A DNA stretch of 63,982 bases, the filler included, from Porpidia crustulata (Eukaryota): the NCBI GenBank assembly GCA_964255105.1. It is 4 parts of 4 records of this genome, joined end to end, with 100 filler letters (N's around TTAATTAATTAA, not from the genome) between each part and the next. Parts side by side here need not be neighbours in the genome. Positions count along the whole stretch, not along the records: positions 1 to 16,517 come from CAXUWE010000253.1; positions 16,618 to 33,115 come from CAXUWE010000254.1; 2 more parts are not named here. One strand, 5' to 3'. The notes under the pieces were generated by a model, which was not told where the DNA came from, did not search any database, and saw nothing but the letters and a program-made list of their open reading frames with translations. This document shows positions 12,401 to 24,515 of the stretch, one piece after another. Made by a program: the position numbers and the translations under genes. The number at the start of each line of letters is the position of its first letter. Position 1 is the first letter of the stretch.

Positions 12401-15400
12401 ACTGCATATCTTTCTCATCTTAGTGTTACTTCCTTCGACCGGAGCAGCACTTATGCTAAACTGCCCACTGATAATTTCTCCGCCACCATGTCGTTCGATC
12501 TTGCGGTCATTAATCCTTTTCAGCGAGAACAGGGTCTCCATACCCTGAGAACCATCGCTAAGGCTTATTGCTCTCTGAATCTCAACGTTGCGCAGCTCGA
12601 CCTCTTGAACCTCTTTACCTCTGGTGAAGGCCTTTGATGCCTCCAAAGCCATCACGCAGTATACCGCACCGGGAACCACAACTTGGCCTTGGAATCGATG
12701 ATCGCTAAGCCACGAAATCTCATCCAATCTAAGGATATTTCGCCAACGAGGCTCGTATTCTGTATCGTCCCCTGTCCGAGTACCCAAGAGCTCATGGGGT
12801 GGGTCGGATCGAGTACGAAATTGCTTCGAGATGCGAGACTCCCGCCAGTGGAGTTGCGAATGCTCCCAGGAATAGCCTGGCAGACCTTTGAGCAAGCGAG
12901 GCTTGCGAACTTGGTCGTCATCAAATGTCGACGCGAACTTCTCAAAGTCGACTGCCGATGGACCGAATCGAGTCCACAACATCCCTAGAGCGTCACCGAA
13001 TGCTGCTATATCGTTCTTTTTCCGATCGAGAAGGCCTGAATAAGGAGGCACGGTCTCAGATAGCTCTTTAATTGTTTGGCAAGCTGGACCTTTGAGAGCG
13101 GCATGTGGCCCCACTTCCAATACACAATCGAAGGGATCGCTCTGGTTAATTGCACGCTCCATAGCCTGAGAGAAGAGTACAGGTTGAACCATGTTGTCAC
13201 ACCAGTAGGTACCAGTTAACTCTTCTGGATTTGGCGAGCCTCGAAGTCCGTAGACACTGGATACCCAGGTGCAATCGTTTTCTGGTTCTGTTACCCGAAT
13301 CTTGCATGCTTGAAGCGAAGAAAGATATACCTCCGCGCAAGGATTCATGTGGTGCGAATGGTATGCTGTATCTACCTGTAGAACTTGAGTGAAAATGCCT
13401 TTAGCTTCAAGAAACTGTTTAACTTCTCTGATGGCGTCTTCGTCCCCAGATAGCGTTGTACTGCTCGAAGAGTTGCTTGCTGCGACCTTGACACGGCTCT
13501 TGAATTGAGACTTGGTACAAATTTCGCTTGCATCGTTTAAACAAAGACCAACGGCAATCATGGCGCCTTGTTCACCACTCAGGCCCTTTGAAAGACGGGA
13601 GTGGACACCCCGATAGTAAGCAATGTACATGGCATCTTTAGCAGAAATGAATCCTGCTGCGTAAGCAGCAGCAATTTCACCGGACGAGTGGCCTAGAACA
13701 GTATGGAATTTCACCCCACAAGAAGCTAAAAGATCAACCAACGCGATTTGTATAGCAGTACATAGAGGCTGAGAGAGCTGCCCCTCTTTCAAGCGTGATT
13801 CTGCATTAGATGCTATAATCTCTTTTTTGAGCGACCATGCAGGCAGATCCGGGAGTTCGTTGAGATATCCCTCCAAGTCTTCAAATGTTTGGTTAAACAG
13901 CTTAGATTTCAAAATGAGTTCGCGACCCATGGCAGGCCATTGGGCTCCTTGTCCGGTAAAAACCCCGAGAACCCGGAGACTGCTGGTAGCTTTCGAACGG
14001 AAACCAAGATCTGAGCTAGGTGGCGTTTGGGCAATGTTCAGCTGGCTATCCATTTGTGCAGCAATCTCCTCTGTGGCTAGTCCTGAGAATATAGCCTTGA
14101 TAGGAAGCGCTGAACGGCGACTTCGTAAAGTCCATGCCAGATCTTGCAGATTAACATGACCATTGAGCTTCAAATAATCGGAATATTTTTCCACGTTTGC
14201 AATCAAGGATTTCTCTGAGTTTGCAGAGAGCATGAGATGGACAGGCGAAAGAACTTCAATATCCTGTGACGGTTTCGGCTCTAATAGATGATTTCCCCAG
14301 GGGCCACAGTCGTGTATCTTGGGTTGATAGCTCTCAACAATTGCATGAGCATTGGTTCCTCCAAACCCAAAACTATTAACACTTGCTCTAAGAGGAAACC
14401 CAGCAGTAACTGATGGCCAGGCTGTTGGAGTTGTAGGTATATGTAGGTTAGTATACGAGGGCGCAACACTTGGATTCAGCAATTGGAGGTGCTGATTAGG
14501 TGGAATAATGTTGTGTTGCATAGCTAAGGAGACCTTGAGGAGGCCAGCAATACCGGCTGCTCCTTCAGTATGTCCAATGACAGTTTTAATGGAGCCAACA
14601 AAGAGCTTATCCACTTGGACTTGTGAACTTTGTGGCTCTTGGTGATCTTGTTGGCCAAAAAATGCTCGACTAATTGCCGATGCCTCTCTAGGATCTCCGG
14701 CTTGTGTGCCGGTGCCTTTAAGGCCAGTTTTGATCAGCGCCGATGGTTTTGGATGAATTGAGGTACTTGCCATGTGCTTCAAAGTACTGAGGTCTATCAT
14801 TTGGCTTGGTAGGGTCCAGCCCGGATTTAATATATACTTGTTCAATGAGGGCAGCTTGAGCAGCTGAACTAGGCAAAGTTATTCCTTGTGTACGGCCGTC
14901 TGAGTTCACACCAGTCTCCCGGATGATTGCTTCAATCTGATCACCGTCTGCTAATGCGCTTGAAAGAGTTTTGAGAAAGACGGCAGCAATCCCTTCGCCT
15001 CTTGAATATCCGTCGGCTTTAGCATCCCACATTTGGGATTTTCCGGAGGGAGAGATCATATGCAAACTCGATGCTCCAATGAACAGATCAGGTCCCAGTA
15101 GAAGATTAGCACCGGCGGCACAAGCTACACGACATTCTCCGCTACGCAAACCCTGTACTGCCAAGTGTACGGCTGTTAGGCTAGACGAGCAAGCTGTGTC
15201 AACTGTCATAGACGGTCCGTGCCAATCAAAAAAGTAAGAGATTCGGTTCGCAATCAGTGACCGAGATGTCCCGGTTGCCATATACTGAGAAAGATATTCC
15301 GTGTCCCGTGCCTGTATGTCTGTGTAATCGGCAGTCATGAGCCCGACGTAGACCGAAGTATGTGTTCCCTGAAGCGATTTAAGGGAATAACCAGCGGATT

Positions 15401-15731
15401 CCATGCCTTCATAAACAGTCTCAAGAAGAAGCCGTTGTTGGGGGTCTATCGCCTCGGCTTCTCGTGGTGCTATGTTGAAAAACGCAGAGTCGAATAATCG
15501 TGGATCTTCGTCCAAAACGTAAGACTTGGAAACATTGGTTGAGCCATGATGCTCCCCATCGGCATGATAAAACCCATCTGGATTGAAGCGAGTCTCGGGT
15601 ATCTTCTTTGACACATCGTGCGGTTCCAGTAAGAGGTCCCATAACTTCGAGGTCGAGGTAGCATCTCCTGGAAAGCGACAGCCACTCCCTATGATGGCAA
15701 CGGGCTCGTTAAGTGAATGAGTATGGGACAT
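3412..15731 (-). CDS. Hybrid iterative PKS-NRPS (KS-AT-DH-cMT*-ER0-KR-ACP-C-A-T-R), ~4002 aa, 7 exons (15731-14771, 14715-12108, 12055-9125, 9064-8710, 8658-8197, 8150-8000, 7952-3412)
   Basis: KS DTACSSS / EAHGTGT / GHTEG; AT GHSSGE and [21 protein letters not shown] fold EIGAG...YDLVIASN...[92 protein letters not shown] and YVASK. Six introns with recognisable splice sites restore one continuous frame. Confidence 0.97.
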
Positions 15732-16517
15732 ATCAGTCTGGGAAATAAAGAACCTGAGCGTGCGGTAGATTTGCTCTGATCAGAAGATTGGACAAGATAT
15801 GATGGTTGACAACTTTAGGTATTAGTCTCGCCCACATGTAAAAGTTGGAAAAAAATTCGACGCGGTGTAGACAAAGTTAACAGCCTTGAATTTAGATTTG
15901 ATACCTTATGATTGTAAGGCGAGTAAATATGCCCGCTGACTGGTAATTCAAATTGAGGTGGCTGCCCTATTCCAAGCTGTGCATCATGTATTCCGCCTAG
16001 ACAAAAGTCGGCGACGGACAAGCTGAGATGTAGGCGGATAGAGTCGCCGTCCGAATAACACGGGCGCCATTGGATTGCTGAGCTATGCTGCGATAGGACA
16101 GTCAAGTTATAGCTCCAGTTCGGCAGCCGTTTTCTGTGGTATGCCAGACCTTCGGTCCTTGATTCGGAGTCCCGACATATCATTGATATCAAAATGGAGC
16201 TAGACCATAGCCAAGGGGGGTAGCGGCATTGCGTATAATGATCACATCGTGGGTAAAATTCTATTAACATCCTCAAACACGTTGGCTCAGATTTCCCGAA
16301 GGACTATGAGATATATCTCTTTAATCTTTGAAAGCCTAATCTAATAATATGAACCTGTTCGCAAGCGATACGTGACTGATTTAAGACATTTATTCAAGTA
16401 TGTAGAGATAATCGAGGTGCGAAAAGGTTTGTAGATAGTTTTAAAATAAAAGAACTTGCAGATTTTGTTAGGGGCCTCCTAACTACCTAGCTATGGGGGT
16501 AAATCAACGAAGAAATA

Positions 16518-16617
16518 NNNNNNNNNNNNNNNNNNNNNNNNNNNNNNNNNNNNNNNNNNNNTTAATTAATTAANNNNNNNNNNNNNNNNNNNNNNNNNNN
16601 NNNNNNNNNNNNNNNNN
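16518..16617. other. Assembly gap with artificial TTAATTAATTAA all-frame-stop linker
   Basis: 100 nt: N44-TTAATTAATTAA-N44, identical to the other two gaps. Confidence 0.99.
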
Positions 16618-16871
16618 GGGTTAGTGGGAGATGGTGATGGGGGTGGGATGGTGATGGTTGAGTCAGTTTTTTGGGCGTTAAGGGTATTGAAGATTTAGGT
16701 CCATTGGAGCTGAGGAAGAGGGAAAGGGGAGGGAGGTATGAGGACTAGCGGGAACGACCGATGATCATCAGGAATGTATGTTGACATACCGATCGCTCAT
16801 CATGGGTGGTGAGCTTGCTGACGGCACCAGAGAATATAGGTAGGCTGATCGAATCATTCAAGATCTCCATT

Positions 16872-17855
16872 TTAGATAGGCTTAGTATCAACAGGAAAGG
16901 AAGTCGCAGAAAGTTCTTTCCTGCGCAGTGTAAAGAGCATCATAAATACGGGATAGGTATCACGGTGAGTACACTCTTCCTTCGCATCTATTATCATCCA
17001 TCCGCTGTTTTGGATCAGTTTTATCTGATCCACGAATCGGTCCCTGAAACACCCTCCCTTCCATAAGATCTCTACCCGACTTTTTGTGCCAGAATTTGCG
17101 GTCAGGTCTTGTCTAAACTTCTCGATCATGACTGGTATGTCCAGGCTGAAGAAATAGTCTTCAGGATTTTGCTCATCGAGCATTACTCGCACTCCCGGAA
17201 GATAATGTGGAGTCAATATCAACATCAGCGTCAATGCCGGTCTATCTTTGCCAAGTATGCGAAAACAAGCTTCGATAGCCGGATCTAAGTATTCTATCTG
17301 GCCATTCAAATATGGTATTGGCGTGGTTTGCAAACGTGGGCTCAAAGCAAGCACCCTTCGAAAACGCCAATAATTCGTGTCTGTGAGGGTTCCATCAGGG
17401 TGCTGCCGAACTTGCTTAGGCTCATGCATTTCCATTTCCAGAATGCGTAGGTTCGATTTGTTCTCCTCACCGATCATGTGAAGGAAGGCGTAGAGGGGAT
17501 TCCAGTTGTCGTGGCCCAGGAAGCGAAACGTGTTCCATCGGTAAAACATGGCTGCTGCTTCACGAGAGACCTGTCTGTTGCACCGAATGAGGCTTACAGC
17601 CGAACGATCGATGACAGACATGCTGATGTCTACTGTTTCTACTGATCTTGATGTCATATCCCCATGGAAGTTTGTGTATTCATCTTCTTCATGCGTCCCA
17701 GACCATACTGTAATTGGCCCTGACGCAACAAGACTATAATAATAAATCCGATCCCGGAGCTCTCGAGGTAGATCGAGAAAGCTTGGTCTAGGGGAGATGG
17801 AGAGGCTGAGAGGTAATCCCTTGCGCCACTGAATCCTGCACACGAGCTCAGGCAT
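16872..17855 (-). CDS. Hypothetical protein with an N-terminal F-box-like 'FLDLPRELRDRIY' motif (fungal orphan family)
   Basis: 327-codon uninterrupted ORF. PSFLDLPRELRDRIYYYSL followed by SLIRCNRQVSREAAAMFYRWNTFRF is the pattern of fungal F-box-like/2EXR-like proteins. Confidence 0.75.
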   Translation of the reverse strand: MPELVCRIQWRKGLPLSLSISPRPSFLDLPRELRDRIYYYSLVASGPITVWSGTHEEDEYTNFHGDMTSRSVETVDISMSVIDRSAVSLIRCNRQVSREAAAMFYRWNTFRFLGHDNWNPLYAFLHMIGEENKSNLRILEMEMHEPKQVRQHPDGTLTDTNYWRFRRVLALSPRLQTTPIPYLNGQIEYLDPAIEACFRILGKDRPALTLMLILTPHYLPGVRVMLDEQNPEDYFFSLDIPVMIEKFRQDLTANSGTKSRVEILWKGGCFRDRFVDQIKLIQNSGWMIIDAKEECTHRDTYPVFMMLFTLRRKELSATSFPVDTKPI

Positions 17856-19183
17856 GGTCCAGAAGTAGATTTGAAGGCGTTAGGAAGTGATCTGGAATCG
17901 TTTTTGCGCACGACCGAAACATGCAATATGTAGCAACCGAAGAATCGAAAAAGAGTCAGTGTCGAGCGCTAAACCCAATAGCGATCCTGCAAAATGCAAT
18001 GGGATTGCAGGACGTTAGGAGTCTTAGAAGTGTGGGAGTCTACTGGACATCTCGCGAGCTCTGACGAGACTTCGTAGAGCTTTAAGTTGGTCAATAATTG
18101 CCAGTGCTGGAGCGAAGTCAAGATGTTAGCAGTGCGATTAGGCTTCTGTTCGGCTCCAGGATCCTACTCCTTTCGGAACCGTACCTCCCTTAGAGTAACG
18201 ACTATTTAAGGGTCTTATATCAGGCGCAACTGTGTCCAGTAATTACTCAGCGGCCATGTGATAAATTCCACGAAAGCTCAATTACCCGCGTGAGATGTCC
18301 TGATACGATTCTCTGTGTAGCTGCGGTCTCGACTCTTCCAACTCGCTTACTCGCCTTGCTCGCTAACTCTATTTCAACAACCGTTGTCTTGACGACAGTT
18401 CGCCAGCTTCAGAAAAGTGTCTTCTGACTATGCGGCTGAGTCTAATAGATTGAGAACATGATTCACGAGGCGCTTGGAAATCCCGCATGCGAGTTGTACT
18501 CCACAAAGCGAAAGATTCCTGCTTTTTGACCGTCAAAATCGCTGATCCAATTATCAATAAACCAAATTTCCACGGCCAGCAATACGAACGCGCTCATAAT
18601 TAGCATTCAGTGCATTGCTCGATGGAGTCATTGCAAATTGACCGTAGTGTTAGATTGCGGTAAGTGTTATAATGTCCAGCATTAATCATGGCGAAGTATT
18701 GTCAAGTAATCAACGTACAGACCATGAATAACACGGCAAACTGCATGATAGAGCTGATAGAGTTGAGGATGATCTTAGACGCCACGCCAACCTCTTGAAT
18801 ATACAGATAATTATGAACTAGAATGGAACGACCAGGGAACTATCTCTTGGAATTTCAATTTCTTTGATAGGATGGTATCATCTTTTAAAAGATTGCAAGT
18901 CCAGAATCTGCCAATCTTTTTGTTTTTCATGTCTTGTGAACATTGAGTTTCATAATCTGGTTTCGCGCTTTCTCAACCATCATTGTTTGATGCTGGGGTT
19001 TAGTTCCAATCTACACATCACGCAGTGCATAATTCCCAGGTCAGACTCCCGAAAATTGAAACCACTTCAAATTCCAAGTAACGCCAAGAAGTTCACCACA
19101 ATACCTCCTTTACAGAACGCAGCAAATCGCAATAACGACTGGAATGCCGATCCGCCTGTACAGCTGAATAAGTTTCAAGCAGA

Positions 19184-20768
19184 CTAAATCTCCCAAAACC
19201 GACCCCATCGCCATACGACTCGGGTAGGCCGACGTGGAGGGGGTTGCTGTGTCCAGCCCTGGTACGATCTCACTTGACTTTGTTGCGTGAATCCTTGATA
19301 CTGCTGCTGACAATAAGGCTGATCAGCAATTTCTCGTTGTCCCACTTGCATATTCGAATATGCTGCTAAAGGAAAAGGCGGGACCGTGAGTGTTTTCGTG
19401 GGGGCTATTGGTACTTGGCTCGAATGCTGATTATTGAACGTGGTAGATGCTGTCTTGGGAGCATAGTATATCTTTGGACAAGGTATGTTGGCCAGCCCCG
19501 GCTTCTCCTGCTGATTTTCTTCTGGTTTGGTAGAATCTTTGCCTCCTTCGAAGAGTTGTACAGACCGCGGGCGGCTCTGTACCTCCGCCATTTTCACCTT
19601 CATGAGTCTGGAGCTCAGATCACGAATTATGGCTTCGCGGTCTTCGGCAGTCTTTCGAAGCACAATAATTTCGGTGATATTCTGGTCTGAGATGGGCCGT
19701 CCCAGCGCTCCGTGAGCTGCCATCGAGGGGAAATATCCCAACCCTTGCAGCGCCTGGGTCTTACGGCTGGCAGTGGCTAGGGGCTCACGAGTCGTCACAA
19801 CGGTCCTGAAGGTAGGTAAGACGCTGTTCTGCATGTCTGCAAAAGAGGAAGGTGTATGCTTTTTCCCAAACACCTTCTGAGCCATGCTTTCGCTCTTGAT
19901 AGGAGTGACGCCTTGCTTCGAGTTTCGGGATTTCGCGAAGTCTGCGTACTCGATGAGTTTCCAGTAGTTGTGAACGTCAGCAGCATGTAACTGGACATGG
20001 CCATACAACGTCAGCTATCGATCGGCGAGGTAGAAGGTGCGGTAATCACCTCCAAACATTTCTCCTGCTTCAACCCTGGGTCTTCATACCAGAAGATGAC
20101 CTGGACAATGGTTTTCCAGACATGGCCAATTACATCCTTGCGGAGACCTATCACCTCTTTGCCCAATTTGGTGATGTGTACTTTTCCAACGATATCCATG
20201 TATCGCAACTGCTGCAGACTACGGAGTCCGAGGTACGGTAATTCTATCCGCATACCGTCTTTATACGGAAGCGCCATCCCGTCTTTCTTATGATAGTCTT
20301 TCGAAGATGTCAGGACACCATTTGGTGTAGTATCGTTCTTCATATAGAGAAGAAACGCTGCTGGTCTGAGTTGCGCTTCCCAGTAGTAGGAGATCAGTGG
20401 ACATTTGGTCTAACTTCCAAGTCAGATTTTAATCTGGCTGTTGAGCAAAAGAAGAAACACGAACAATAAGATTCTAACGGCTCTTGCGTCGTATCATGAA
20501 ACTTCAAAAGGCAAAAGAAAAATAAGAGTCTCACCTGCTGGAGAAGTTCCTCCCTCATCGGATCGCCCTCCGCATAAAGGTCTTTTACATTCGCTTCAAA
20601 CGCTGCATTAACCTCCTCCCGGCTTATTTGGATTCCTCTAGGAATATTCTGAATAAAAAGATCTTTGGTGTACTCGAAAATCGTGTATTTGCACTGCTCG
20701 AAATTATAGACTGTATACGTGATGCTTGCGATGTCGTCGTGGGAACTAGATCCAGAGGAAGAAGCCAT
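19184..20768 (-). CDS. Hypothetical protein, 3 exons (20768-20535, 20409-20050, 19990-19184; ~466 aa)
   Basis: GTGAGA...CTGAC...TAG and GTGATT...GCTGAC...CAG introns join three ORFs in phase 0. The C-terminus is low-complexity and Q/P-rich. Confidence 0.6.
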
Positions 20769-21049
20769 TTCGGAGATTACAGGATTTGAGAGATTGGTCT
20801 TTGGAAAGAATGCAGAAATAAGACTGGAAAAGGAGAAAGAAATATGTAAAGAATCAACATATAAGGGACTCATGATCGCAATTGTGATAAGAAGTGTTGA
20901 AAGAACGTTCATGAAGATTGTGTTGAAGACGGACTGAGGACAGAACTGATGCCGCGCCGAATGTGTCGAAAAACAATCGGACCGTGATTCACGCAAGTCG
21001 CAAATTATTTTAAAGATGTTCCATATAGTGGAACAATACATCTTGCTTT

Positions 21050-22454
21050 CAAAGAAGTCATCCATGTAGAAGGTCAAAGGTGGAGAATGCTCAGATTTCC
21101 TTGAATGTAATAGGGAAGATTCCTTCAGAGGTGATGGTAGTGCTTCAAACCCTCTGTATACTCCTTTCTGTAAGGTGAACTCAGCCGACTGAGAATCTTG
21201 ATGTATTCGGCATGGTTGTACCTGACCTATTACAGGAATGGTGAAGGCAAAATAGTGACGGTTTTCTGGATGTAACCCTACGGTGAGATAGGCGGTGGTG
21301 AGGATTGGGTATTGGGGGATTGCTGTACAATCCGCATCAAAGAAAGTTCTTGAAAGCCCATCAGCAACCTTGTTTGATGCGGATTGTACAGAAGATGTCA
21401 GAACCCTTATGGTGATAGATGAATTGAAGAACAAGAGTAGAGGAGGCCAAAAGTAGTTCCTCGGAGGAGGATGAAGATACTGATTCGGGCGAAGATATTT
21501 CAGATGTGGAAGATTCAAAATCGCCTTTTTTTCAAGGTCCCCAGCGTGACTATAAACTGCCAGGATATCAACCTAATGTTCTTCGCCCGCTGAATGTCCT
21601 CTCTACCAGTATATCCCTTGATTTCACAGCTAGTTCTGTTAACGATCCACAACATGAAGTGCTTAGAACCTTGCTCAGACCTGGAAGTTTTAAAAGCAAA
21701 TTCTCTCCCTCTGACACACCTAATTGTTTTGTAGGCGGGATACACGGCCCTAAGTCAAATGCAATTTGCAATTGTCATTATCGAGAACGTACGAAGAACC
21801 ACGGCAAAGTCTTTCCTAGACGAACTTGAAAACCCACGATTATTGACCGGATTGGACTTGAGTCCCACGATCCGTATTAGTGACATAAACTAATTATCTC
21901 GATTCTTAGGATTTCAGCGCCAAGGCAGCCCGAACCATCCTGTCTAGGTATTCTCTAATCTCTGAATATGTCGCTGTTGCAAGAGTTGCCGGGCTGCGTG
22001 AAACACACTTTAAGTGTTTATGGTGGTGAGTCGTCACACATGCTTGCGTAGATAGTTGGATTATTTTCATTTTTTATTTCAAGAATCTTGAATCTTTTTC
22101 ACTTCTTAGAAACTAATGTATCGTTATAACATCGTGTCAACGTACAAGAAATTCTTTCTATCAAAACGAGTATTGTACGAAACGTGGAAGTTGTGCTTGA
22201 ACGAGGCAAGTTCTCGTATGTCGATGAATATTCTCATCGATTGGCTACCCGGCTCCGTTCCGCCTATTCAGCTGCGTCGTCAACTAAAAGCATGTCCAGG
22301 CTTTCAGATACAGTCTGGCAAATATGGTTCCCTCTGCATCCTCATACCCGTATAGATCGTGTTTGAGCTTCTCTAGCCATCTGGAACCAGAGATCTTGCC
22401 GGTGCCAGAAACTTTCCCGCGAAAAGTGAAAGTAAGATGCCACCTAGTAGCCAT
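21050..22454 (-). mobile_element. Degenerate Ty3/gypsy LTR-retrotransposon relic (gag N-terminus, RNase H tail, RT core fragments)
   Basis: RT fragment LHPENRHYFAFTIPVIGQVQP...LTFYMDDFF (~21280-21052). RNase H tail NKVADGLSRTFFDADC (~21375-21328). Gag-like SGSRWLEKLKHDLYGYEDAEG...(frameshift)SLDMLLVDDAAE*AE (~22454-22240). Confidence 0.75.
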
Positions 22455-23930
22455 TGTGGGTGGACTGGAGGTGGGGCTGGAGCGAGGAAGCGGGCAGCCT
22501 AGACACTGCCCGAAGGGAGCTGACGAAGCTCTTCAGAAAGCACCAAGTAAGTACCTTCCAACTATTGAGTCGATCTCGCCTTGTAGGATCATGGGTGGGG
22601 TGAGTTCCAGATTCGAAGAGATTATTCAGGATTCGAAGCTGCTCTTTCAAAGTGATGTAAATATATATCTATAAATTCATCGAAGATAGAATCTCAAGTC
22701 TCACTCGAATTTCAAGAACTCGAAAGTAACACGACCATACTCATGAGTTAATTTCTGTGAAGAGGTCTTTGTTTCCCCTTGTGATAACATGCTGAATCGT
22801 GAAGCTAAGATTCTCATCGACTTTAGATGTAAATATATCAAACCAATTTTAGTATATTATGATAAATTGTTTGTATAGCAGCCATGATGTATGTGTATAG
22901 CTTTTCTCCTGGCCACCGGTCGCTGCAGATGCTGTGTTGCTGTATCCAAAACGATCTTGAAATCGTTCTTCAATAGCTAGAACCCATAAACGTCTAGAGA
23001 CCGATATCCTTTCATTTGATGTAACGGTGGTATCTCGCAATCCAGTGATACTTCTCATTATATTTTTCATCTCTTGATCAATGAACGACGTCTTTTCTGC
23101 GACTGACCTGTTTGTTACAAACGTATTCCATTTATCACGAAGAAAGGTTTTTGCGACTCTGTTATTATAAAAGTCTGTCAGGAAGCATTTTATAGTGTAT
23201 CGTCATTGCAGGCTCATCCTCTAAATCTGTCCGATTAATGCATATCAACCCTGCCAAAACCTCTTTAGGCATTTCCCATGATTTCTTTAATTATCGTTCA
23301 GTACCGGGTATATCATTATTTTCCGGCTGAATTAAATTCCCCTTCAGCTCTCGCCTATTATTCTTATCTTCCACGGTCACCAGCAATTTTTTGTAATACC
23401 TCTCTTCCATTTCTATGAATCCGTGAAGGGCAAAGACTCGACCGTTCTTTGTAGATATCCCCTTGTAGATTTATCCGGCTTCACGATATTTAGATCTATC
23501 AACCCGAGAATAGGACCTGTGCAATACGCCTAAAAGCCTTGGTCGATCCTTTGAGTGATGATTCTAAGCGGTTGTTAGAAGGGGGGGGTAGTTGCCAGAG
23601 GGGTAAATACGGTGATGATTCGAAAACAATCTAACATTACATCGCTACCCGGCGTTCGCTGAGCTGCGCCAGCTTAGCAAATACTCCTGGAATGCTATCC
23701 TCGCGGGCTCCGACGATTTTGACTGTTTCACCGTCGAGACGTTGGTTTTAGGCTCCCGGGAAAAGGGTTAACGCCCGACAACGTTAACCTTTTATACCTA
23801 GAGCTATCTAGACAAATCTCGTCAGGTGTATCATCCTCGATAGGCTCGCAGATATTACGGATCCTTCGCAGTGGAGAAATGAAGCTCTGTAACTTCATTC
23901 GTTTCATACTCGCTAATGAAGAATCAAATC

Positions 23931-24515
23931 TCAGTTCATCAGCGCACTGATGTGTTCTAGTAGCGAGGAAAAGCGAGCACTATTCTCGACTGCGTTGTTC
24001 ACGGGCTGAACCGCCTGCACTACCTGAACCGTCGAAGCCGTCGGAGCCGCCGGAGCCGTCGAAGAGGTGGGACAGGCGGCGAAGACCCCTCGGAGGCGAA
24101 GACAGGGAGCGAGGGTCACTCGAGGGCGGGAAGAGAGACGGCAAAGGGGATGGCCATCATCGGAAGTCATCGCGAAGACGGCCGAACGCAGCTCGCGCCA
24201 CTATGCCGATGGCAGTTGACGCACTTCCGCGACGGGATGAGATCGTCTCGGATAACAAAACATCCGCGAAAGGCTTTGTTCACGGGGCCGAACCGACAGT
24301 TCTCACAGGCCGCAGCACCCCCCAGCTCCTCACCCGTCTCCACCATAAGAACCGCCTCGCGATCCTGCGCCCTTCGATGTTGTATTCGAGGTCTAAATAA
24401 TCGAAGAACTTCGATTTAATTCTTTCGGTCCTCAAGAATTTCTCGATATCAATTACGTTCTGCTCGGAATTTCACAGCTCTCCGTTCCCTTTGCCGTGTC
24501 TTTGACTTTTGCCAT
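23931..24515 (-). pseudogene. Cys-rich DUF3716-like zinc-binding protein pseudogene
   Basis: Minus-strand frame REAVLMVETGEELGGAAACENCRFGPVNKAFRGCFVIRDDLIPSRKCVNCHRHSGASC (~24365-24180): CxxC...F..C...CxNC...C spacing like DUF3716. Stops and frameshifts lie on both sides. Confidence 0.5.

Noticed and set aside
3559..15685. Numerous antisense and alternate-frame ORFs within the PKS-NRPS (likewise within myosin, areA and the Red1-like gene)
   Set aside because: Shadow ORFs of long coding sequences with no independent motifs.
16562..16573. Palindromic TTAATTAATTAA inside N-runs (also 33160 and 49741)
   Set aside because: Artificial contig-joining linker, not biological. It also means linkage of the PKS-NRPS to areA or the island is unproven.
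17950..18860. Protein-like minus-strand fragments (e.g. AVEIWFIDNWISDFDGQKAGIFRFVEY) with stops
   Set aside because: May be a pseudogene, but I cannot assign a family or boundaries.
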